Below, in pieces: positions 36,164-44,131 of a DNA stretch of 57,990 nucleotides (its first letter is position 1; each line of letters begins with the position of its first letter). Under the pieces are notes generated by a model. The model made no database searches. It saw only the letters and a program-made list of their open reading frames with translations, and was not told the DNA's origin. The stretch is from NCBI GenBank assembly GCA_013824915.1, contig PNOQ01000012.1:1-57990 (forward strand). Reading direction: 5' to 3'. The stretch comes from Nanoarchaeum sp. (GTDB taxonomy: Archaea > Nanobdellota > Nanobdellia > SCGC-AAA011-G17 > PNOQ01). The translations under genes and the position numbers were made by a program.

Positions 36164-36493
36164 ATGAGACAAATATTTTTAATAACAATATTGTTGGTTT
36201 TTGCTTTGTTTGTTACTAGTTGTACTAGTGATACAACGCCGGTAACTGATAATACCGAAGATTTACCTGCAGCAACATCTTACACAATACAAGAAGTTTC
36301 TAATCACAATACCGAACAAGATTGTTGGTTAGTGATTGAAAATAAAGTTTATGATGTAACAGATTATATACCAAATCATCCTAACAATAAAATCTTAGAT
36401 GGTTGTGGTAAAGATGCAACACAAATGTTCAGTAAACATCCAGCATCAGCCAAAGAAAAATTACCAAATTATTTATTAGGTAATTTAAATTAA
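36164..36493 (+). CDS. secreted/lipid-anchored cytochrome b5-like heme-binding domain protein
   Basis: Lipobox-like signal LFVTSC. The b5 core reads HNTEQDCWLVIENKVYDVTDYIPNHPNN...GKDATQMFSKHP, with two candidate axial His. Confidence 0.75.
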   Translation: MRQIFLITILLVFALFVTSCTSDTTPVTDNTEDLPAATSYTIQEVSNHNTEQDCWLVIENKVYDVTDYIPNHPNNKILDGCGKDATQMFSKHPASAKEKLPNYLLGNLN

Positions 36494-36508
36494 AAAAAAA
36501 TAAAAGAA

Positions 36509-36703
36509 TTATCTGCTACAGCAGCTATAAAATAACTTTTTTAATCCATACAAAACAAAAGTTATCGCAATTACCTGTGAAAAGTTTAAGTAACCAAACC
36601 ATAATATCAACCCAAGTAATATAGCTACTATTCCTTTAAACATAAAAAATCCTTTATTCGAACAACAACTACAACTTTCTACCATTTTCTTTTTGTCTGC
36701 CAT
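36509..36703 (-). CDS. small 2-TM membrane protein with CxCC / CC termini (paralogue of the upstream gene)
   Basis: A GGAGGT SD lies 6 nt upstream. The core G(I/L)V..LLG.ILW.G.L...Q.IA...(L/V).G..K is shared with 36707-36916. Confidence 0.55.
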   Translation of the reverse strand: MADKKKMVESCSCCSNKGFFMFKGIVAILLGLILWFGYLNFSQVIAITFVLYGLKKLFYSCCSR

Positions 36704-36706
36704 TTT

Positions 36707-36916
36707 TTACCTCCAAAATAATCCCCATAAAATCTTTAGGGTACCCAATATATACAATATTACTGCTATAGACTGTTCAATACTTAAGATGCCTTCCCAA
36801 AGAATCCAACCTAATATTAACGAAACAATCCCTGCAAAAACTAAACCTGCTCTTTTATTAATACTTAAACCTCTAACATTATTTGACTTAACTAATTTTT
36901 TGGATTTTCTAACCAT
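36707..36916 (-). CDS. small 2-TM membrane protein (paralogue of 36509-36703)
   Basis: A GGAGGT SD lies 9 nt upstream of the ATG at 36916 (the track start at 36919 is a TTG). The SD of the downstream gene overlaps its stop codon. Confidence 0.55.
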   Translation of the reverse strand: MVRKSKKLVKSNNVRGLSINKRAGLVFAGIVSLILGWILWEGILSIEQSIAVILYILGTLKILWGLFWR

Positions 36917-37045
36917 CAAGAATCAACCTCCATTTAACCTAAATTTTGATTCTTCTGTTTAAAAACTTTTCTTAAGCATATAACCTAAAATATATACTCG
37001 AACGAGCATATACTTTAAAACTTAGTACCTTTTTTATGCCAGATA

Positions 37046-37888
37046 ATGGCGCAGCGTATACAGAGCCCGAGCTCTATTAATACCTTTAAACAATGTCCAA
37101 GAAAGTATTACTACCAGTATGTATTAGGATTACAAAAGAAAGTCCCTTCTATACATTTATCTCGTGGTAAGATAGTTCATCTAACCTTAGAAGATTTTTT
37201 TAAAGTAGATATATCCAACATAAGTCCAGATTACTATGAATTTGAGTTGAAAGTAATCCTTCACAGTTTGTTTAATCAAAAATGGCAGTCTTTTTATGAA
37301 GAATTAAGAAAGATAAAACTAACTCCTGAACAACTAGATTTTTACTATGAAGAAACAGTTCAAATGTTAAACAATTGGTTTAGCAATTTTTTAAGAAAGT
37401 TAAATCCTAAAGTAAAAGAACTGGCACTTCAAGAAGCATTTTCAATTATGAAACCAATGACTGAAGTACATTTTATTTCTCCCGAATTCCAAGTTCAAGG
37501 ATTTATTGATGCAATTCATGATATTGATGGAAAAGTAAGTTTAATGGATTACAAAACTTCAGCTAAAGAATTAATAACTCAAGAGTATAAACTACAATTA
37601 GCTATTTATGCATTATTATACGAAGAGCAGCATGGCAAAAAACCTGATTCCGTAGGAATAGACTTTCTCAAACATAAACCTCATTATTTAGATGTTAACA
37701 GTGATTTAATAGCTTTCGCCAAAAATGAATGCAGATCTATTCAAGAAAAAACAATCTCAGAAGACATTGAAGACTATCCACTAAACACCTCTGCACTATG
37801 TAAGTACTGTGATTTTTACGATATTTGTTTTAAACAGAGAACTATACATGAATTCGATAGGACTGATCCAGATGACACAAGAGTATGA
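37046..37888 (+). CDS. PD-(D/E)XK nuclease with a Cas4-like 4-Cys cluster
   Basis: One N-terminal Cys (FKQCPRKYY) plus C-terminal CKYCDFYDIC. Nuclease core GFIDAIHD...LMDYKTS and QLAIY. No CRISPR array or other cas genes are in the window. Confidence 0.8.
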   Translation: MAQRIQSPSSINTFKQCPRKYYYQYVLGLQKKVPSIHLSRGKIVHLTLEDFFKVDISNISPDYYEFELKVILHSLFNQKWQSFYEELRKIKLTPEQLDFYYEETVQMLNNWFSNFLRKLNPKVKELALQEAFSIMKPMTEVHFISPEFQVQGFIDAIHDIDGKVSLMDYKTSAKELITQEYKLQLAIYALLYEEQHGKKPDSVGIDFLKHKPHYLDVNSDLIAFAKNECRSIQEKTISEDIEDYPLNTSALCKYCDFYDICFKQRTIHEFDRTDPDDTRV

Positions 37889-38168
37889 TTATTTATCTGT
37901 ATATGAGTTGCATTATGAAAAGATGATTGCTGACTGTGCCGAAAATAATAACATTGGGCTAGCATACTTTTGGCTTAATACTTACGAGAACGATTTATCA
38001 GCAAGTATAGATTTAATGAGCCCAGAAATGAGAAGGGCATGTATAGATCATTTTAACCGGTGTAGAGATGATTTAGAACAATTATTCATTATTGATGCAG
38101 TAGAGCAACATTTCGGTGAGGATGAAGAAAGAATAGAAAATTATTTAAAAAGATTAGAACAAGAGTGA
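37872..38168 (+). CDS. small acidic helical protein (98 aa), unknown function
   Basis: It overlaps the 3' end of the nuclease gene by 17 nt, and its stop abuts the pmbA start. The alternative ATG at 37848 cannot be excluded. Confidence 0.45.
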   Translation: MTQEYDYLSVYELHYEKMIADCAENNNIGLAYFWLNTYENDLSASIDLMSPEMRRACIDHFNRCRDDLEQLFIIDAVEQHFGEDEERIENYLKRLEQE

Positions 38169-38170
38169 AC

Positions 38171-39469
38171 ATGCAAGACCTAGAAAGGATAAAAGATTTT
38201 TTATTAAAAGAGAAAATTGATAATATAATCCTAAAAAAGATTTCTGCAGACCAGTCTATGATTAAGTTTGTAAACAATAAGATTGTAAAAACTGGTGTAG
38301 AATCAACAAGTAGTGTAGAAGTTTTTGTATCAAAAGACAAAAAGATTGTTATGACTTCTATAAAAGAATTTGATGACAAATCAATAAAAACCACAATTTC
38401 AAAATTAAGAACTTTCTTAGAACATTCACAACCTAACAAGAATTTTGTAAGCATCCCTGAAAACAAATATAATTATCAAGAAATAAAAGACCTTTACGAT
38501 CCAAAAGTCGAAAGTTTAGATGAAGTAGATGTTGTAAACTCAACTATTAATTCCGCGTTAAAAAATGCTTCAAGAGTTTCTGGTACATTCGAAAAATCTC
38601 ACGGTTCAATATCAATATTAACTTCTTCAGGGATTACACAAAAAGAAAAATTTTCAAATCTATATTTATCAGTCAGAGCGTTTAAAACTAAAGAGGCTTC
38701 TGGTCATAAAACTGGAAGTTCAAGAGTTTTATCCAAATTTAACCCAGAACAAATAGGAAAAGAAGCTGGTGAAATTGCTAATCTATCTATGAACCCTCAA
38801 GAAGGTGTTCCCGGCAAGTATAACGTTATATTTTCACCATTAGCATTTGCCCCAATAGTAGAAAGCATAGGGAGTGCTGCATCAATATTTAATGTTGAAT
38901 CGGGTATGTCATTTTTACATAATAAGATAGGCACTAAACTTGGAGATTTTGATTTAACTGATAATGGTATATTAGAAAATGGCATAAACTCTATGAAGTT
39001 TGACTCAGAAGGTTATCCTACTCAAAAAACAGAATTAATTAAAAATGGTGTTCTAAAAACATTTTTACATAATAATTCTTCATCTCAAAGATATAAAACT
39101 AAATCTACAGGTAATGCCGGAATTATCTCTCCACACCCACATAATTTAGTTTTGGACGGAGTAAGAGGGAATGTTTTTGATGTAAAAAATGGTTTATACA
39201 TAACAAATGTTTGGTACACAAGATTCCAGAATTATGCAACGGGAGACTTTTCAACAATACCTAGAGATGGAATGTTTTTGATAAAAAACGGTATAATCTC
39301 GGAACCTGTTAAAAATCTAAGAGTCTCAGATAATGTTCTAAACTTACTAAAAAACATACAACTATTTGGTAAAGAAAAAGAGCAAATTACAAGCTGGGAA
39401 GCCGATACACCATGTATAATGGCCCCAGTATTAATAAGGAATGTCAATATTACAAAACCGACAAATTAA
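38171..39469 (+). CDS. pmbA: PmbA/TldE-family protein (partner of TldD)
   Basis: The length and conserved C-terminal region (GNAG ... LYITNVWYTRFQN ... GDFSTIPRDGMFLIKNG) fit the family. It lacks HExxxH, as expected for PmbA. A GTG at 38165 is an alternative start. Confidence 0.85.
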   Translation: MQDLERIKDFLLKEKIDNIILKKISADQSMIKFVNNKIVKTGVESTSSVEVFVSKDKKIVMTSIKEFDDKSIKTTISKLRTFLEHSQPNKNFVSIPENKYNYQEIKDLYDPKVESLDEVDVVNSTINSALKNASRVSGTFEKSHGSISILTSSGITQKEKFSNLYLSVRAFKTKEASGHKTGSSRVLSKFNPEQIGKEAGEIANLSMNPQEGVPGKYNVIFSPLAFAPIVESIGSAASIFNVESGMSFLHNKIGTKLGDFDLTDNGILENGINSMKFDSEGYPTQKTELIKNGVLKTFLHNNSSSQRYKTKSTGNAGIISPHPHNLVLDGVRGNVFDVKNGLYITNVWYTRFQNYATGDFSTIPRDGMFLIKNGIISEPVKNLRVSDNVLNLLKNIQLFGKEKEQITSWEADTPCIMAPVLIRNVNITKPTN

Positions 39470-39511
39470 TTAATAAGCTTATTTTAACATTCTGAAAAGA
39501 GAGTGATACAA

Positions 39512-39694
39512 ATGAAAAAAGATGTAATGAAAAATATAGACAAAGAATTATTTCTAAGATTTATGGTTTATGTAAATCTAGTAGACTCAACTGTTGACAA
39601 AGAATTAAACATGATCATCGCACAAAAACTAAAAGATGAAAATCTAATGAATGAAGAAGAGTTCAATAGAATTCTGCAAGGATTGCCTGCTTAG
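39512..39694 (+). CDS. hypothetical 60-aa protein
   Basis: ORF only. ATG start chosen over the GTG at 39503. Confidence 0.3.
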   Translation: MKKDVMKNIDKELFLRFMVYVNLVDSTVDKELNMIIAQKLKDENLMNEEEFNRILQGLPA

Positions 39695-39699
39695 GAAAA

Positions 39700-39707
39700 T
39701 TTATATA
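39700..39707 (+). promoter_or_regulatory. TATA-box-like element (TTTATATA)
   Basis: Lies 30 nt upstream of the ATG at 39730. Confidence 0.5.
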
Positions 39708-39729
39708 CTTCAATTTTAAATAAAAATTT

Positions 39730-40755
39730 ATGAAAACGTTGTTAATATTTCTAATTCTATCATTGATTATTATTAGTGCGTGTGGTCCATTAACTGATGA
39801 ACAAATCTTAAATAATCCTACAAAAGCAATTGAATCGTGCGCAAAGGATTCTACAGATAAACAAGAAGGATGTTTTTCACATGTTGCAGAAATAATTGCC
39901 AATACTAGCCCAGAAACTGCTTATGAAGCATGTTACAATATCCCAGAAACAGAAGACACACAAAATTTACCAAAATTTAATTGTATACAAAGAGTAGTGG
40001 ATTTTCAAAACACAACAGAATTAAAATTAAAAATTTGTAAAAAAATAGAAAGAGATGACTGGAAAAAAGATTGCGTTGAAAATGTAGCAACTCAAGAAAC
40101 AGATCCTAATAATATCATTCAAATCTGTAACGAAATAGAAGATAGTAATTTTAGACTGCATTGTTATGGCGCAGTAAATGAAAATGATCAAAATATTAAC
40201 GTAGAGTCTCAATTATTAATTTGTGATTCTAGGCCCGATAAAGACACATGTTATGACAATCTCGCGAGGAGTATTATAAACTCAAATCCTGAACAAAGTA
40301 TAGAAATATGTAACAAAATCACTGATGAAAATTTCAAAACAAACTGTTTAAATCAAATTATGAATTTAGGAGATTTATCAGGAGAAAATTATAATTTAGC
40401 AATAAACGTATGCAGTTCAATGTCATCCTCATCACAAAGTAGATGTTACACAGATTTAGCAAAAACATTATTTTCCTCTGATTCAAAAAAAGCAGCAGTT
40501 ACATGTAAAAAAATAACCAGCGAATCCAATATATTAGAATGTTACAAACAAACTTGGTTTACTTCAAGTGCATTAGTCCTAGATAATTATGATTATACTA
40601 TTGCATTATGTAACTTTTTAGATTCAAAAAAAGATGATTGTTTAAACGCAATGATACCTATATTCATTGATGAATCGAGATCTACAGCTAGAGATATTTG
40701 TGAATTTATGTCTTCTTCAGCATTTAGAGAATGTTTAAGCTCAGTAGGTAATTAA
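39730..40755 (+). CDS. Cys-rich repeat lipoprotein, paralogue of 9299-10123
   Basis: Lipobox-like signal LIIISAC. Repeated paired-Cys units: EGCFSHVA, EACYNI, KDCVENVA, LHCYGAV, DTCYDNLA, SRCYTDLA, LECYKQT, DDCLNAM, RECLSSV. Confidence 0.7.
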   Translation: MKTLLIFLILSLIIISACGPLTDEQILNNPTKAIESCAKDSTDKQEGCFSHVAEIIANTSPETAYEACYNIPETEDTQNLPKFNCIQRVVDFQNTTELKLKICKKIERDDWKKDCVENVATQETDPNNIIQICNEIEDSNFRLHCYGAVNENDQNINVESQLLICDSRPDKDTCYDNLARSIINSNPEQSIEICNKITDENFKTNCLNQIMNLGDLSGENYNLAINVCSSMSSSSQSRCYTDLAKTLFSSDSKKAAVTCKKITSESNILECYKQTWFTSSALVLDNYDYTIALCNFLDSKKDDCLNAMIPIFIDESRSTARDICEFMSSSAFRECLSSVGN

Positions 40756-40843
40756 TTATTTTGAAATATTATCAAATTGATGCTAACAAAACCTTTATAT
40801 TCCTAGATATTTAAGTAACATTTAATTATGGAGGTGTTATTTA

Positions 40844-41488
40844 ATGAATAAATCAATATTATTAGTATTAATCCTAGTTGTTTCTAGTCTTGTTTTTGCC
40901 GCTCAGGGTTCAGATAATGCACAAACAAATTCAAACCAAGACAATGCTATTTCAACTAGCGAACAAACAAATAATATGGGGCAGGTTACACAGTTAAGGA
41001 CTGCAAATGAAGTTAAGTCTATGATGCAAGAAAAACAACAACTAATGCAACAAGAGATGGTCGGTTTAAACGAAAAACAACAGAAAGTTTACCAAAACCA
41101 AAATCAAGTAAGATTAGCAGTTCATGCATTGCTTAGTATTGAAAATCTAACTGGTGGCATTGGAAAAAACGTTTCAGCAATAGCTAGAGAGTTTAACAAT
41201 TCGGTAATGTCTACGATAAGAGCAGAAGAGAAAATTCAAACAAGATCTGGATTTACTAGATTCTTTGCAGGTGGAGATGAAACTACAGCAACAGAATTGG
41301 AATCTGAAGTAGAACAAAATGAATTGAGAATACAGCAGTTAACACAATTAAGAAACGAATGTCAATGTGATCAAGAAGTTAAAGACTTGATGCAAGAACA
41401 AATACAATTAATGCAACAAGAACAAACAAGACTTCGTGAGTTAGCTCAACAAGAAAAGAAATCTAAAGGCCTATTTGATTGGTCTTAA
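40844..41488 (+). CDS. secreted Gln-rich coiled-coil protein
   Basis: A GGAGGTG SD lies upstream. A signal peptide is present. Repeated (L)MQ(Q)E(Q/M) heptad-like tracts occur at both ends. Confidence 0.6.
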   Translation: MNKSILLVLILVVSSLVFAAQGSDNAQTNSNQDNAISTSEQTNNMGQVTQLRTANEVKSMMQEKQQLMQQEMVGLNEKQQKVYQNQNQVRLAVHALLSIENLTGGIGKNVSAIAREFNNSVMSTIRAEEKIQTRSGFTRFFAGGDETTATELESEVEQNELRIQQLTQLRNECQCDQEVKDLMQEQIQLMQQEQTRLRELAQQEKKSKGLFDWS

Positions 41489-41650
41489 TTTTTTCTCTTT
41501 TTTTGACTTCTTTAACAAAAATATAACTGTTCCAATAATTACTAACATAGTCAAACTGTATATAAGAAAATTATCTTCTGGATTAGGAAATAAAAGTAAC
41601 ACTAAATAACCAATTATTAAAACCGGAAATATTAATTTATTTGTTTTCAT
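41471..41650 (-). CDS. 59-aa two-TM micro-protein translationally coupled to gatE (absent from the ORF track)
   Basis: Its ATG overlaps the gatE TGA (ATGA at 41647-41650). Hand translation gives MKTNKLIFPVLIIGYLVLLLFPNPEDNFLIYSLTMLVIIGTVIFLLKKSKKEKKLRPIK with no internal stops. Confidence 0.45.
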   Translation of the reverse strand: MKTNKLIFPVLIIGYLVLLLFPNPEDNFLIYSLTMLVIIGTVIFLLKKSKKEKKLRPIK

Positions 41651-43041
41651 TTTTTATACTTCGCAACTAAACTAGCAACCAATTTTCCATCAACTTTACC
41701 AGAAAATTTTTTCATTATAATCCCCATCAAAGCACCATCTGTCAAATTTTTATTCTCATGAACTATTTTTTTAATTTCTTCTTCTAATTTATTACTATCT
41801 ACTTGTGTAAATTTACCCAAATCAACTTTTTTACCTTGAGAAATTTCTAGCATGATTTCATTAACCGCACTTTTGTTAATTTTATTCTTCTCTAAAGCTT
41901 CCAAAATAAATCTAAACTCTTCTTCTTTAAATTCATATTCAACATTATATCTTGCTTTCAAATCTTTAGGAATTTCAATTAAAACACTAGCAATTAAAGT
42001 TTTATCTAATTTGTAATCATAATCTTCTAAGTCTAATCCAGATTTGACAAAACTTCTGGCTAGTTCAGAGCTTAATCCTTCTTTTTCGTATCTTAATATT
42101 TTTTCATCAATTAACTCTGGTAATTTAATTTTATCTAATCTTTGTTTATCAATCACTATTGGCTTGATGTCCGTTTCTGGGTACATTCTAGATGCACCGG
42201 GTATTGGTCTTAAAAATGTAGTTGCGCCATCAGGATTTGCTTTTCTAACTTCTTGTTTAACATCTCCTTTTAGTTGTCTTTCAACTTCATATTCAATAAT
42301 TCTTGGCATACTTCTTAAATCTTGAAAACCTTTTATTTCAACTCTCGCACCATTTTTAACAGATACATTAACATCTTGTCTTATCGTTCCTAAACCTCTT
42401 TTTACTTTTCCAGTACTTCTTAATATCATTCCAATTAATTCAGCAGTTTCTTTGCAATGTTCAGCATTTTTAATATCTGGTTTGGTTCCGATTTCTATCA
42501 AAGGAATTCCTAATCTATCTAATCTGTAAGTAACTGAATTATCTTTATCATTTATTTTTCTTGCAGAATCTTCTTCCAAACAAATACTATCAATTCTTAC
42601 AATTCCTTTACTAGTTTCTAATTTACCATCATAACCAACTAACATTGTTCTTTGAAAACCAGAAGTATTGGACCCATCAATAACATTTTTTCTCATTATT
42701 TGTACTTCATCAACAATTTTACAATTCGTTAATTTGCAAATTTGTAAAACTGTGTCCAAAGCATCTTGATTAACTGTATGTGGGGGTTCTTCATCAAACT
42801 CAACCAAACAAGTACTATCTGTATAACCTTCATAAATAAAATCTTTATGTTTTAAATTTTCAAATTCAGCAGCAATATCCACTTCACCTTCTTCTCCTGC
42901 CACCGCCCTCAACTTTCTTTTGATTAAAATATCGTGTGGATCATCTCTTAATTCAGAAGGGCAACTACAGAACAATTTATGGCTTTCTAATTGCTGATGT
43001 ATTTCTAATCCTGCTTTAAACTGAATCTTTTCATAATCCAT
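41647..43041 (-). CDS. gatE: Glu-tRNA(Gln) amidotransferase subunit E-like protein (short form, 464 aa)
   Basis: N-terminal GLEIHQQLESHKLFCSCPS and LRAVAGEEGEVDIAAEFE are GatE-like rather than GatB-like. It has a YqeY-type tail. The start is set to the ATG at 43041 because a TTTATAAA box lies 29 nt upstream. Confidence 0.75.
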   Translation of the reverse strand: MDYEKIQFKAGLEIHQQLESHKLFCSCPSELRDDPHDILIKRKLRAVAGEEGEVDIAAEFENLKHKDFIYEGYTDSTCLVEFDEEPPHTVNQDALDTVLQICKLTNCKIVDEVQIMRKNVIDGSNTSGFQRTMLVGYDGKLETSKGIVRIDSICLEEDSARKINDKDNSVTYRLDRLGIPLIEIGTKPDIKNAEHCKETAELIGMILRSTGKVKRGLGTIRQDVNVSVKNGARVEIKGFQDLRSMPRIIEYEVERQLKGDVKQEVRKANPDGATTFLRPIPGASRMYPETDIKPIVIDKQRLDKIKLPELIDEKILRYEKEGLSSELARSFVKSGLDLEDYDYKLDKTLIASVLIEIPKDLKARYNVEYEFKEEEFRFILEALEKNKINKSAVNEIMLEISQGKKVDLGKFTQVDSNKLEEEIKKIVHENKNLTDGALMGIIMKKFSGKVDGKLVASLVAKYKK

Positions 43042-43076
43042 AATAAGAAAAAGAATCAACTATTTATAAATTTTAG

Positions 43077-44081
43077 TTATTCTATTATTGTGTCTAATTT
43101 TTTCAAGTTAAAGTAATTACTAGAATAATTATAAGCCCCAGCGTTCAAAAACACTAGTTTATCTCCAATTTTTGGATTTTTTAAACAAACATTATACCTA
43201 AAAATATCCATTGAATCTGGAGTAAAACCTTTTATTGTATAATTTTCTCCATTTTCTAATTCATTCTCAACTAATAATCTAACATTTGCCACAAAAACAT
43301 CCATATCTGAATTATAAACTGAACAATTAACAATTATATTATTTTGATAAACACTTATTATCTCACATTCTAATCTTATACACGGAGCAGCAATAAATCT
43401 TCCAGGTTCAATAATCATTTTAATATTATTTGAATTCAAAAATAGTTTTAATTCAGTTATTTTATTAAAAATATTTTTCAAAATTTCTTTTCTATAGTTT
43501 TTATACTCTGCAGGTAAACCCCCACCAATATTAACTAAATCTATATTATTTAAGTTCTCTTTTGAAATACTATCTTCAAATTCTTCCTTCAATGACCATT
43601 CACTAACATTTTGAGTTTTTCTATGAAAATGAATTCCTAATTTTTTTATTCTTTTGTTTTTTCTTAATTCTGGCAATAATTCATTTATTCTTTTACTGTT
43701 AAAACCATAAACAAAATATTTACCAGTATGAATGGTATGTTCTTTTAATTTCATTCTTAGCAATAAATTAACTTCTCTATCTAAATTTTCCAATAAAATA
43801 TTCAAATCATTTTCATTATCAATAACAAAATTATTTACATCTTTTAATATTTTTTTAACTGAATTTTTATCCCAAGCTTGCGGAAAATACCAAACTTTTG
43901 ATTTATTTTTTATCAAACTTAAATCTTCAAAGCTATGAACACTAAACCAACACTTTCCTTCTAAAACTTTACCAACTTCGTTATTAGTTTTAAAACTATA
44001 AGAAACCTCATCAGCTAAATTTTTAACTATTTCTAACTGAGCAAATGCTTTCTTTTTATTTAAAATAAATCTAGCTTCCAT
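43077..44081 (-). CDS. PLP-dependent group IV (Orn/DAP/Arg) decarboxylase-family protein, short form
   Basis: Motifs SFKTN (PLP Lys), GIHFH, NIGGGLP, IEPGRF and AGAY are present. The start is set to the ATG at 44081 (TTTAAAAA lies 30 nt upstream). The track start at 44126 is a GTG. Confidence 0.75.
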   Translation of the reverse strand: MEARFILNKKKAFAQLEIVKNLADEVSYSFKTNNEVGKVLEGKCWFSVHSFEDLSLIKNKSKVWYFPQAWDKNSVKKILKDVNNFVIDNENDLNILLENLDREVNLLLRMKLKEHTIHTGKYFVYGFNSKRINELLPELRKNKRIKKLGIHFHRKTQNVSEWSLKEEFEDSISKENLNNIDLVNIGGGLPAEYKNYRKEILKNIFNKITELKLFLNSNNIKMIIEPGRFIAAPCIRLECEIISVYQNNIIVNCSVYNSDMDVFVANVRLLVENELENGENYTIKGFTPDSMDIFRYNVCLKNPKIGDKLVFLNAGAYNYSSNYFNLKKLDTIIE

Positions 44082-44131
44082 ATCAAAACGAGCATATACC
44101 TGGTTTTTAAAGCTTTTTATACACACAAAAT

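Noticed and set aside
36693-36962. Plus-strand 89-aa ORF overlapping the small membrane-protein gene.
   Set aside because: The minus-strand ORF has a perfect GGAGGT SD, two clean TM helices and a recognisable paralogue immediately downstream. The plus-strand ORF has none of these.
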